Source: an uncultured delta proteobacterium
GTDB taxonomy: Bacteria; Myxococcota; Myxococcia; Myxococcales; Myxococcaceae
Direction: 5' to 3'
Assembly: GCA_963771175.1 (NCBI GenBank)
Contig: CAVYSY010000021.1
Coordinates: 128,001 to 192,000, forward strand
DNA length: 64,000 nucleotides
In this document: positions 50,393-59,115 of the stretch, one piece after another
How positions within the stretch are numbered: position 1 is the first letter of the stretch
Layout: each line of letters starts with the position of its first letter
The notes under the pieces: generated by a model
What the model was told of the DNA's origin: nothing
What the model saw: the letters and a program-made list of their open reading frames with translations, nothing else
The model's database searches: none
Position numbers and translations under genes: made by a program

Positions 50393-52156
50393 CTACTTGC
50401 GACGCAGGAACATCTTCTCCCAGGAGGTCATCTCCTTGGCGACCTGACGGCGCTCCTCCGGAGTGCTGGCCGTCTCGACCCGCTTGCGCAGGCCGTCGAG
50501 CGTCTTGCGCGTGGCCGGGCTGAGCGGCTGGCCGGACTGGGAACGCGCCTCGACGTCGCGATCCAGCTTCTGGATGCGGCCGAGGAGCGTGGCGTGGCTG
50601 GGGGCCGGAGGGGTGGGAGCCTTCTGCACCGCGGGCTGCGTGTCCTCCGCCGGGTTGTCCGAGTGGGCCACCGCCGGCTCCGTGCCGGGGTTCTCCGGCG
50701 GCGTCGTGGGAGTGCCCGTGGACGGGGTGCCCGGGGCGGGAGTCCCGGTCGTCGCGGAGGTGCCCTGCTGCGCCTGGGCCGTCCCCGTGGAGGGCTGGGC
50801 TGGCGGCTGCGTCTGGGGCTGCACCGGAGGCGTGACGGTCACCTGCGGCGGCGGGGTGGGGGTCGGCTCGCGCAGGGCGAACACGGCGCCACCGATGGCC
50901 AGGGCGAGGGCTCCCAGGCCCACGGGCAGCAGGCGGCGCATCGGCGAGCTCACGCCCGTGGCGCGCACCTCCGTGGAGGACGGCTCGGCGGGCACTGGCG
51001 CGGGTGGCGCGGGCGTGGCGGGAGACTGCGGAGACGCGGGGGGCTGCTGGGGCTCCGGGGACACCTCGACGGGGTGCTCCGAGACCGTGGTCTTCGTCTG
51101 GGGAGCGGGAGCCGGTGCCGGGTGGGAGAGGGTGTCGCGCAGCCGCAGCAGTTGGCGGCGCAGCTGCTCGGCGGACCCGGGGCGCGCTTCCGGGTCCTTG
51201 GTGAGCATCTGCAGGATGAAGGCGTCGAGCGCGGCCGGCAGCTCGGGCACGAACTCCGAGGGCCGAGGCGGCCGCGCGTCCACGTGCTTCATCAGCAGGT
51301 CCACCGGAGACGAGCCGGTGAAGGGCAGCCGACCGGTGACCATCTCGAAGGCCACCACGCCCAGGGAGTAGAGGTCCGTCATGGGGCCCACGGGCTGGCC
51401 GCGGGCCTGCTCGGGCGCCATGTACTCCGGGGTGCCCACCACCATGTCCGTGCGCGTCTGCGCGGTGCGCCCGGCCGGCATGCCCATCTTCGCGAGGCCG
51501 AAGTCCAGCAGCTTCACGTAGCGCGAGCCGTCCGGCTGGGTGACGAGGAAGATGTTGCTCGGCTTGAGGTCGCGGTGGACGACTCCGGCCCCGTGCGCGG
51601 CGCCCAGCGCGCTGAGCACCTCGTCGAGCACTTCCAGCGCCTCGGACACCGGCATGCGGCCCTTCTCGGCCAGGTACGCATCGAGGGCGATGCCCTCGAG
51701 GTACTCCATGATGATGTACTGGCGGCCGTCGGGGACCTGGCCGAAGCCGAAGATGTCGACGATGCCCCGGTGGCGGATGGCGTTGACGGCACGGGCCTCG
51801 GCAAGGAGGCGCGCCACCTGCTCATCGGCGGCGGCCAGCTCGGGGCGCAGCACCTTCACCGCCACGCGCTTGCCGATGAGGGGCTGGATGCCGTCGTACA
51901 CCAGCCCCATGCCACCCACGCCGATGCGCTGGCGCAGCTCGTACTCGCCAATCCTCAGTCCGACGAGCGGATCCGCTACGGGCTCTTCCATGAAGTGGAC
52001 GGTCCTCCCAGGCGACGTACGCCGCTCGCTCCCCTCGTCGCTGGGGAGCAGCGACGCCGCGGAGGGACCGAGCAGCACGGTGCCATCGCGCGGGCAGACG
52101 TCCGTGTCAGCTGGCACGGCGTGACCGCAGGTTTCGCAAGTACGGGAGTCAACCAT
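50393..52156 (-). CDS. Transmembrane Ser/Thr protein kinase
   Basis: IGVGGMGLVY, VAVK, HRDLKPSN, DFG, GTPEYMAPE; N-terminal CxxC...CPRDG; TM followed by a Pro/Thr-rich periplasmic part. Confidence 0.93.
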   Translation of the reverse strand: MVDSRTCETCGHAVPADTDVCPRDGTVLLGPSAASLLPSDEGSERRTSPGRTVHFMEEPVADPLVGLRIGEYELRQRIGVGGMGLVYDGIQPLIGKRVAVKVLRPELAAADEQVARLLAEARAVNAIRHRGIVDIFGFGQVPDGRQYIIMEYLEGIALDAYLAEKGRMPVSEALEVLDEVLSALGAAHGAGVVHRDLKPSNIFLVTQPDGSRYVKLLDFGLAKMGMPAGRTAQTRTDMVVGTPEYMAPEQARGQPVGPMTDLYSLGVVAFEMVTGRLPFTGSSPVDLLMKHVDARPPRPSEFVPELPAALDAFILQMLTKDPEARPGSAEQLRRQLLRLRDTLSHPAPAPAPQTKTTVSEHPVEVSPEPQQPPASPQSPATPAPPAPVPAEPSSTEVRATGVSSPMRRLLPVGLGALALAIGGAVFALREPTPTPPPQVTVTPPVQPQTQPPAQPSTGTAQAQQGTSATTGTPAPGTPSTGTPTTPPENPGTEPAVAHSDNPAEDTQPAVQKAPTPPAPSHATLLGRIQKLDRDVEARSQSGQPLSPATRKTLDGLRKRVETASTPEERRQVAKEMTSWEKMFLRRK

Positions 52157-52245
52157 CGGGAAATGCCCCCCAGGCTACCAGACCGGGGGCGGATTCCCAC
52201 AAGCGAGCGAGGGAGCAGGGTGTACTTCCCCTGACGCCCGCTCCG

Positions 52246-53844
52246 TCACGGGGCAGCGGGACACTGGTACGTCTCGGCCCGGAGGACCGTGGTGTCCCGG
52301 AGTCCGGGGCCAGTGCCAGGCTGTCCCGGGCTACCGAGGGTGAAGACGGTGTTCGTCTGGGAGACGGACGAAGAGGAGCCGCACCAGATGCCCACGGACG
52401 GGCCACCGCCGCCGTTGCCTCCGTGGCCGCCACGACCCCCCGCACCTCCATTGCCGCCCTGGCCTCCCTGGCCTCCGGTGACCGTATTGGGGGCGACCGT
52501 GCGTGTGGGGCCCTTGCCTCCGGGCCCACCGACTCCACCGGCGCTTCCGTCGCCGCCCTTGCCTCCGGCCCCGCCTTGTCCCCCGTCCGCTGTCCGCAGG
52601 AGGGAGAACTCCAGCTCTACCTGTCCCTGGATGAGCAGCAGGGCAATGGATGCTCCACCACCTCCACCTCCAGTGGCCCCGGTGCCCGGGCAGCCACCGC
52701 CACCACCACCGCCACCACCACCTCCCTCGGAGGCAGCGCCCCCGGCCACGATGTGACCGCCGCCGCCACCTCCGCCACCGCCGCCGCCAGGTGTCCCGGA
52801 TCCACCGTCCGAACCGGACTCCGGCACCCAGCCGTCGCTCGAGAGATGACCGACGGCATTGCCCGGGGGCCCATCCGTTCCCGCATCGCCAGGCACCCCA
52901 TTCTGACCCCTCTCCCCGGGATTGCCCTCATAGCCGCAGGGCGGCTGGCCGCAGTACGACTCGTTTCGAGGTGCTCCCGCGGTGCCCCCATCCACGGAGG
53001 GCTGGCCCGACTCACCTGGAGTCGCCAGGGGGATCGTCAGCGAGGCACCACCCTGGCCGCCCTTGCCACCCCGGTTTCCGCCACAACCGCTGGCACCCGG
53101 AGCGCCCCCATCGGCGACGGTGCCGATGTCGATGGGGCTCTGTCCCTCGCCGCCGTCCACGCCGTGATTGGAGTTGGCCGGAGGAGAATAGCCGTCGGCC
53201 CCGCGCGCACCCGCACCGGCCAGGAGCTCCACGTAGCGCAGCCGCACGCCCTTCGAGTTCAGCACCCGCAGCCCGATGGAGGGCTCGCCCGCGTTGAGCC
53301 CCGTGGTGGAGGCGATGCGCACATGGTCGATGATGACGCCCGCGTCCTCGCCCAACCCGCTCACCGTCAGGCCGATGCTGCCGCCGCCGAGGTGGGTGAT
53401 GTGCTCGTTGCCACGCACCCAGCCCCCGTCCACCCGGGCGTAGCCGCCATGGAGCGACACGGGCTTGTCGAGCATGAGCGAGGGCTCGTCATAGGCGCCC
53501 TGGGCGAGGTAGAGCGCCTTGCCCTCGCTGGAGGCGCGCTGCAGGGCATGCGCGAAGGTCTTGAACGGAGCCGCGGGGGTGCCGGGATTGTTGTCCCTGC
53601 CCTCGACGGGGTCCACGAAGAACGCGGCGCTGGCGGTGCCATCCACGCCATCGCAGTTGGTGTCCTGAAAGGAGTCGTCCGGTGGGTCGTCCCGGGTCGG
53701 ATCGCACGCGGTGGCGTTGCACCGGCCGGCGGCCACGCAGTCCTGGAACGCCTGGTCGAAATCATAGCAGCCGGTGGTGGCCAGCGACGCCAGCGCGAGC
53801 CCCGCGGCCAACAGCGTCTTCGTCTCGAGCATGAGAGTCCTCAT
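52246..53844 (-). CDS. Glycine-rich lipoprotein (DUF1565-like domain plus Gly-rich repeats)
   Basis: Signal peptide ending ATTGC; DTNCDGVDG; FFVDPVEGRDNNPGTPAAPFKT; extensive GxG/GGxGG and poly-Gly runs. Confidence 0.75.
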   Translation of the reverse strand: MRTLMLETKTLLAAGLALASLATTGCYDFDQAFQDCVAAGRCNATACDPTRDDPPDDSFQDTNCDGVDGTASAAFFVDPVEGRDNNPGTPAAPFKTFAHALQRASSEGKALYLAQGAYDEPSLMLDKPVSLHGGYARVDGGWVRGNEHITHLGGGSIGLTVSGLGEDAGVIIDHVRIASTTGLNAGEPSIGLRVLNSKGVRLRYVELLAGAGARGADGYSPPANSNHGVDGGEGQSPIDIGTVADGGAPGASGCGGNRGGKGGQGGASLTIPLATPGESGQPSVDGGTAGAPRNESYCGQPPCGYEGNPGERGQNGVPGDAGTDGPPGNAVGHLSSDGWVPESGSDGGSGTPGGGGGGGGGGGHIVAGGAASEGGGGGGGGGGGCPGTGATGGGGGGASIALLLIQGQVELEFSLLRTADGGQGGAGGKGGDGSAGGVGGPGGKGPTRTVAPNTVTGGQGGQGGNGGAGGRGGHGGNGGGGPSVGIWCGSSSSVSQTNTVFTLGSPGQPGTGPGLRDTTVLRAETYQCPAAP

Positions 53845-54743
53845 GGCAGCGTCCCCATCAGTCCCACCGAGCCGCCCCCGTTGCCCACGGAAGCGGTGGG
53901 CCGCACCTGCACCCCGTTGTCCGTGTCCTTGTCAGCCAGCATGTAGATGAGCCCGCTCGTCACCACGCCGGCCGCGCCCAGTGCGCCGGCCACCCCGCTC
54001 AGCGTCTGCGAGCGTTCGCCGGACTCCTTCAGCTTGAGGCCCTGGGTGGGATCCTGGAGGTTCGGGTTCGTCAGCGCTCGGAAGTCCCTTCCCGCCTGCA
54101 CGTAGAAGAGCGTCCCCACCCCCAGCAGCACCGCGCCTCCGGCGGCGGGCACCCACGCCCAGCCCGGCGCGCCCGAGCGGCGAGTCGTTACGACCGGCTC
54201 CGGAACCACCGGCTTCACCGGCGTCTCCCGCGGTGGCGGAGTCTGGACGATCGAGGCCACCCTCGGGCGCAGCGCCTGGCGCACCTGGGGCACCACCTTC
54301 TCGCTGGCCTGGGTGAGCGCGTCGAGGAGCTGATCCTCCCTCACCCCGGGCACGTAGTACTCGGCCAGCAGCTCGCCATCACGGGTCGCGTAGGCCTTCA
54401 GCCCCACCCGGTAGCCGCTGAGGAACTGCACCAGCTCGGCGATCATCACCGCGTCGGCCTCGGCGGCCTCGCCCAGGGTGATGCGGCAGGGGGCCTCCAG
54501 GCGGTTGCACCCGAGCACCGACTTGCGCTGCGCGGGCGGCAGCCGCTGGGACAGCTCCGAGGCGCGGACCACCTGCAGGCCCTCGGTCTTGAGCTGCTCG
54601 TACACGTGCTCCTGCGCGAAGGAGACGACGTGAGAGGGGACGCCCGCGGCCTCGGGCGGAGCGATCAGCACGGTGAGGGTCGCCTCGGCGGACGCGGGCG
54701 CCTGGCCGAGCACGACGAGCGTGGCGAGGAGTGGAAGGAACAC
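53841..54743 (-). CDS. Hypothetical exported/membrane protein
   Basis: AGGAGG SD before GTG 54743; signal peptide; Cys pair (GCNRLEAPC); two C-terminal hydrophobic segments; overlaps the lipoprotein start. Confidence 0.7.
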   Translation of the reverse strand: MFLPLLATLVVLGQAPASAEATLTVLIAPPEAAGVPSHVVSFAQEHVYEQLKTEGLQVVRASELSQRLPPAQRKSVLGCNRLEAPCRITLGEAAEADAVMIAELVQFLSGYRVGLKAYATRDGELLAEYYVPGVREDQLLDALTQASEKVVPQVRQALRPRVASIVQTPPPRETPVKPVVPEPVVTTRRSGAPGWAWVPAAGGAVLLGVGTLFYVQAGRDFRALTNPNLQDPTQGLKLKESGERSQTLSGVAGALGAAGVVTSGLIYMLADKDTDNGVQVRPTASVGNGGGSVGLMGTLP

Positions 54744-54839
54744 GGTGGCGTCACTTTCCCCTCCTGGCGCTTCCACCGCAAGGTCACGTACTAGCGGTGA
54801 CGCCGGGTGCGTGACAACCCGGCCTCCAGCCGAGCGGGC

Positions 54840-56633
54840 TCAACGGCGCGGCTTCTCGGGGATGGGCCGGATGTTCGTCTTCTCCGAGTCGTCCAGCTCG
54901 GGCGGCGCGTCGTCCTCGTCATCGGGCACGGGAGGCGAGTGACGAGCCGGGGGCGAGGCCGGGCGGGACGGGCGCGCGGGAGAGTTCAGGGCGGGGCGCT
55001 GGCCGGTGGGCGGGCCGGGGCGCGGCGGAGGCGAGGTCGGGCGGGATGGGCGAGGCAGGGCGGCTCCCCGGCTCTGGGTCTCATCCCCATCGGCCAGGAG
55101 GTCCGCGGACACCTGCACCTTGGGCTCTTCGGCAGCACCGGGCCCGTCATGCGCCGCGGAGGCGAAGGGGTTGCGCGTGGGCGGCGGCGTCCGATCATCG
55201 TCCTGGAGGGTTGGGGCAGGGCGATTCTGGGCGGGGTTGGGCCGGAGGGCGGGGCCATTGCGCACCGCGGCAGGAGCCTCTGCCGGCTTCGGCCGGGCGG
55301 GGGCCGCGGCGGTGGGGAGGTTGGCGGGGACCTGCACCTGCACCGGCGGGGATGCGGGCGCCGGGGGCTTGCCGTCTCGGGCGTCGTGGGCCTCGTCCTT
55401 CAGGCGCTGCTCGAAGGCCTGCCACTCCTTCTTGAAGCTCGAGGGGTCCGGCTCGCCGCGCTCGCGGTGCTTGAGCGAGGGGGCCCATCGGACGGTGTAG
55501 CTCTCGCCGGCCTGGAAGGAGGGCGGCGCCGGTACGCCGTAGGTGGCCGGGTCGAAGAAGGACTCGTCCAGGTCCGAGAAGCCGTAGGCGCGTGCCTTGG
55601 CGACGAAGTTGGGGATGATGCCGGTGGGCGCGTGGTAGCCGAGGATGTGGCCGTCCTCGTCCTTCGTCACCGGCGTGAAGACGAAGATGTCCTGGGTGCG
55701 GTATTCGCCCTTCTCGGTGAGGGGGAGCACCTCGGAGAGGGCAATCGTCTTGCGGCTGCCGTCGTGGAGGCGCTCGCAGCAGATGACGAAGTTGATGGCG
55801 CTGGCCACCTGGGCGCGGATGGCGACCATGGGCAGGTCGATGCCGGACATGAGGCACAGCGACTCGATGCGGCGCAGCGTGTCCGTGGGCGTGTTGGCGT
55901 GGGTGGTGGCCAGCGAGCCGCCGTGGCCGGTGTTCATCGCCTGCACGAGGAAGAAGGCCTCGCCGCCGCGCACCTCGCCCACCACGATGCGGTCGGGGCG
56001 CAGACGCAGGGCCGAGTTGAGCAGGTCTCCCATGTCCACGCCGCCCTTGCCGAACTTGTCCGGGGGCCGGCTCTCGAAGGGGACGAGGTGGGACTGGTTG
56101 AGCTGGAGCTCCGCCGAGTCCTCGATGGTGAGGATGCGCTCATCGTCGGGGATGAGGGAGGAGACGATGTTGAGCAGCGTCGTCTTGCCCGAGCCCGTGC
56201 CTCCGGACACCAGCATGTTGAGCTTGGTGTGGATGCCCGCGTCGATGAGGCGCGCCATCTGCGGCGTCATCGACTTGAACTTGATGAGCGAGTCGATCGT
56301 CAGCTTGTCCTTGAAGAACTTGCGGATCGAGATGGTGGTGCCCTTGCGGGCGATGGGCGGGATGACGACGTGGATGCGGCTGCCGTCAGGCAGGCGCGCG
56401 TCGAGGCGGGGGCGCTCGTCGTTGAGGAGACGGCCGACGAACTGCGCCATGTTGCGCGCGGCGCCGATCAGACCCTCCTCGGTGAAGATGGCATCGACCT
56501 TGGAGACCTTGCCCTTGCGCTCGATCCAGATGTCGGTGGGCCCGTTGATCATGATCTCCGACACCGACGGGTCGTCGAGATAGGGCAGCACGGGCTTGAG
56601 GAAGGCGCGGAGCGACTCGTTGTACATCGACAT
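54840..56633 (-). CDS. cpaF: CpaF/TadA-family secretion ATPase with a long Pro-rich C-terminal tail
   Basis: DPSVSEIMING, DARLPDGSR, SGGTGSGKTT, IEDSAEL, LRLRPDRIVVGEVRG, MNTGHGGSLATTHAN. Confidence 0.9.
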   Translation of the reverse strand: MSMYNESLRAFLKPVLPYLDDPSVSEIMINGPTDIWIERKGKVSKVDAIFTEEGLIGAARNMAQFVGRLLNDERPRLDARLPDGSRIHVVIPPIARKGTTISIRKFFKDKLTIDSLIKFKSMTPQMARLIDAGIHTKLNMLVSGGTGSGKTTLLNIVSSLIPDDERILTIEDSAELQLNQSHLVPFESRPPDKFGKGGVDMGDLLNSALRLRPDRIVVGEVRGGEAFFLVQAMNTGHGGSLATTHANTPTDTLRRIESLCLMSGIDLPMVAIRAQVASAINFVICCERLHDGSRKTIALSEVLPLTEKGEYRTQDIFVFTPVTKDEDGHILGYHAPTGIIPNFVAKARAYGFSDLDESFFDPATYGVPAPPSFQAGESYTVRWAPSLKHRERGEPDPSSFKKEWQAFEQRLKDEAHDARDGKPPAPASPPVQVQVPANLPTAAAPARPKPAEAPAAVRNGPALRPNPAQNRPAPTLQDDDRTPPPTRNPFASAAHDGPGAAEEPKVQVSADLLADGDETQSRGAALPRPSRPTSPPPRPGPPTGQRPALNSPARPSRPASPPARHSPPVPDDEDDAPPELDDSEKTNIRPIPEKPRR

Positions 56634-56827
56634 GGCGCCCCCGAGGGTAGCCCGAGAGCGGCCCGAGCCCAAGAGGACGGCTCGGTTGCCAGGGGGGCGG
56701 GGAGGCGGGAGACGGCGTTCCCCCCGTCCCACCGACGTGCGGATGACACTCACGCCACATGACCGCGAAAGTAGGGTGGGATGGGGGCCGCCAGGTGCTT
56801 CAATGGGGCCCCTGACGCGGAGATGAG

Positions 56828-57511
56828 ATGAGCGAGATGAAGGACAGGCTGCCGGCGGACTGGAAGAAGGTGCTGAAGGACGTGCTGGCGAGCCCGGAGT
56901 TCGCGGAGCTGGAGGCGTTCGTGGCGGCGGAGCGGCGCAGGTACACGGTGTACCCGTCGGAGGAGGACCTGTTCTCGGCCTTCCGGTTGACGCCGTATGA
57001 CGAGGTGAAGGTGCTGCTGCTCGGGCAGGACCCGTACCACGGGCCGGGGCAGGCGCACGGGCTGGCGTTCTCGGTGAAGCCCGGAGTGAAACCGCCGCCC
57101 TCCCTGGTGAACATCTTCAAGGAACTGCAGAGCGACGTGGGCGCGCCGAAGCCGAAGGACGGCTGGCTGGTGCCGTGGGCGAAGCAGGGGGTGCTGCTGC
57201 TCAACGCGGTGCTGACGGTGCGCGAGGGACTGGCCAACGCCCACGAGGGGCATGGCTGGGAGACCTTCACCGACGCGGTCATCCAGAAGGTGAGCGACAA
57301 GCCGGAGCCGGTGGTGTTCCTGCTGTGGGGCAGCTACGCGCAGAAGAAGGAGGCGCTCATCGACACCTCGAGGCACGTCGTCCTGAAGGCGCCACACCCC
57401 TCACCGCTGTCGGCGAAGCGGGGCTTCTTCGGCAGCAAGCCGTTCAGCCGCACCAACGAGGCGCTGACGAAGGCGGGGCGCGAGCCCATCGACTGGACGC
57501 TGCCGTCGTAG
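56828..57511 (+). CDS. ung: Uracil-DNA glycosylase (family 1)
   Basis: [28 protein letters not shown]. Confidence 0.97.
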   Translation: MSEMKDRLPADWKKVLKDVLASPEFAELEAFVAAERRRYTVYPSEEDLFSAFRLTPYDEVKVLLLGQDPYHGPGQAHGLAFSVKPGVKPPPSLVNIFKELQSDVGAPKPKDGWLVPWAKQGVLLLNAVLTVREGLANAHEGHGWETFTDAVIQKVSDKPEPVVFLLWGSYAQKKEALIDTSRHVVLKAPHPSPLSAKRGFFGSKPFSRTNEALTKAGREPIDWTLPS

Positions 57512-57560
57512 CAGGGAGACAGGACAGGTCCGGTGCATGGCAGGAGGGAAGAGTTTTGCC

Positions 57561-57878
57561 CTATCGGAGTTGGCGAGCGCGCTTGAACCAGTACCCCGGG
57601 CGACGGCGCACGTGGGCTACGGCCAGGACGACCACGCGATCTTCGAGCACCACGTAGGACAGCGCGAAGGGGAAATCTGGCAGGAGGAAACGGCGGATGG
57701 GCGGAGTGTGGTGCACTCCAGGCCACAGGGGCCAGGTGTCTGGGTGCTCGGCAATGGCATCGAGCGCCCGGAAGACCTCGGACGAGAATGCCGAGCCCAA
57801 CCCGGATTGTTGCTGTTCGTACCACTCAGCGGAGGCAACCAGCTCCGCGTTGGCTTCTGGGTGGAGGCGGAGGGTCAT
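57561..57878 (-). CDS. RelE/ParE-family toxin
   Basis: LHPEANAELVASAEWYE...GLG...RRFLLPDFPF...VLAVAHVRRRPGYW. Confidence 0.88.
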   Translation of the reverse strand: MTLRLHPEANAELVASAEWYEQQQSGLGSAFSSEVFRALDAIAEHPDTWPLWPGVHHTPPIRRFLLPDFPFALSYVVLEDRVVVLAVAHVRRRPGYWFKRARQLR

Positions 57879-57889
57879 GCCGGCGCAGC

Positions 57890-58138
57890 CTACCGCTCCT
57901 GGCGGAGACGCTTGAGGCGCTCGTTCACCTGTCGCCGGGCCTCTTCGGGGCTGATGAGCTCGGCTTTACCGCTGATGACCTCTTGGGCCCGGCGCTCGAG
58001 TTCCCTGGCCCACTCGGCTTCAGCATCCGAATCCTCTCCACCTGCCTCAAGGCTGAGCAGCAGTTCGTGTGCAAGCCGAGCGCGCTCCTCGGGGGGGAGC
58101 CGAAGCGCATCGGAAAGGAGGTCGTTTGCGGTGGCCAT
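57890..58138 (-). CDS. Addiction-module antitoxin (TIGR02574-like)
   Basis: ALRLPPEERARLAHELLLSL...EWARELERR; immediately upstream of the toxin. Confidence 0.85.
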   Translation of the reverse strand: MATANDLLSDALRLPPEERARLAHELLLSLEAGGEDSDAEAEWARELERRAQEVISGKAELISPEEARRQVNERLKRLRQER

Positions 58139-58248
58139 TGGGGCCATTCTACTCACCTGGCGGCGTGGATGCTCGCCGCCCGCCCTGTGTAACGGTCATC
58201 GGGTGCACCCGCGAGCAAGCGGCCTCGCACCCGGTTAGAGTCAGGCTC

Positions 58249-59064
58249 ATGGCGAAGACCGCACCCCGTAAGGCCCCGGCGAGCCAGAAGAAGGCTGCCC
58301 GCGCGGCTCCGAAGAAGAAGAGCGCCGTTTCCGCGAAGAAGAGCCCCGCGCTCGTGAAGAAGCGTGGGGCTCCGGTGAAGAAGCCCGCCGCGAAGAAGCC
58401 CGCCGCCGCCAAGAAGCCCGCCGCCCCGGTGGAGGCGCCTTCGGAGGCCGTCACGGTGGGCGAGGCCCTTCCCGCCGAGCCCTTGCCCGACATGAGGGCC
58501 CTGCCGGCTGGCGAGCCCGCGGGCGGCAATGCGCTGCCCTTCGAGATCGACCCCAAGCGCATCGAGGAAGGCCTGCGCAAGCTGCGCGAAGAGGTCGTCC
58601 ACTGGGCCAACAAGGGCCGCTACACCAAGGTGCGCTTCAAGTTCCGCGGCAAGCAGCTCCTGCCGGACCTGCCCATCGCCGCCGTGGCCGCCGCCGAGGG
58701 CCTCACCTTCTACTGGGGCGGCATCCTCCGCGCGCTCATCTTCAACGTGGCCGGCGGCAGCCTCATCCAGGTGGAGCTCGTCAACGACGCGGACAAGCGC
58801 GTCCAGGCCGGCAAGGAGGCCCTGCTCGCGGGCGATCTGGACGATGCCCTGGCGCTCTTCCGCGAGGCGCTCGCCATGGACCGCGACAACGTCGGCGCGC
58901 ACCTCAACGTGGGCGTCGCCCTCAAGCTGAAGGGGGACCGCGAGGGGGCCCTCGCCTCCTTCGAGCGCGCCAAGGCGTTGGACCCGGAAGGCCCGCTCGG
59001 CGCCGAGGCCGACCGGCTCGCCACCCCGCTGCGCCCCAAGGACGACCTGGCCCAGGCGAGCTGA
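58249..59064 (+). CDS. TPR protein with Lys/Ala/Pro-rich N-terminus and DUF4342-like middle region
   Basis: KKPAAKKPAAAKK repeats; NKGRYTKVRFKFRGKQLLPDLP; two C-terminal TPRs. Confidence 0.72.
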   Translation: MAKTAPRKAPASQKKAARAAPKKKSAVSAKKSPALVKKRGAPVKKPAAKKPAAAKKPAAPVEAPSEAVTVGEALPAEPLPDMRALPAGEPAGGNALPFEIDPKRIEEGLRKLREEVVHWANKGRYTKVRFKFRGKQLLPDLPIAAVAAAEGLTFYWGGILRALIFNVAGGSLIQVELVNDADKRVQAGKEALLAGDLDDALALFREALAMDRDNVGAHLNVGVALKLKGDREGALASFERAKALDPEGPLGAEADRLATPLRPKDDLAQAS

Positions 59065-59115
59065 GCCCCAAGTGTCCCAGGGGAGGGCCCCGCGAGGGCT
59101 ATACTCCTCCCCATC

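Noticed and set aside
52690..52790. CCA/CCG triplet repeats as a CRISPR array or VNTR
   Set aside because: They are poly-Gly codons on the minus strand; there is no repeat-spacer structure or cas gene in the window.
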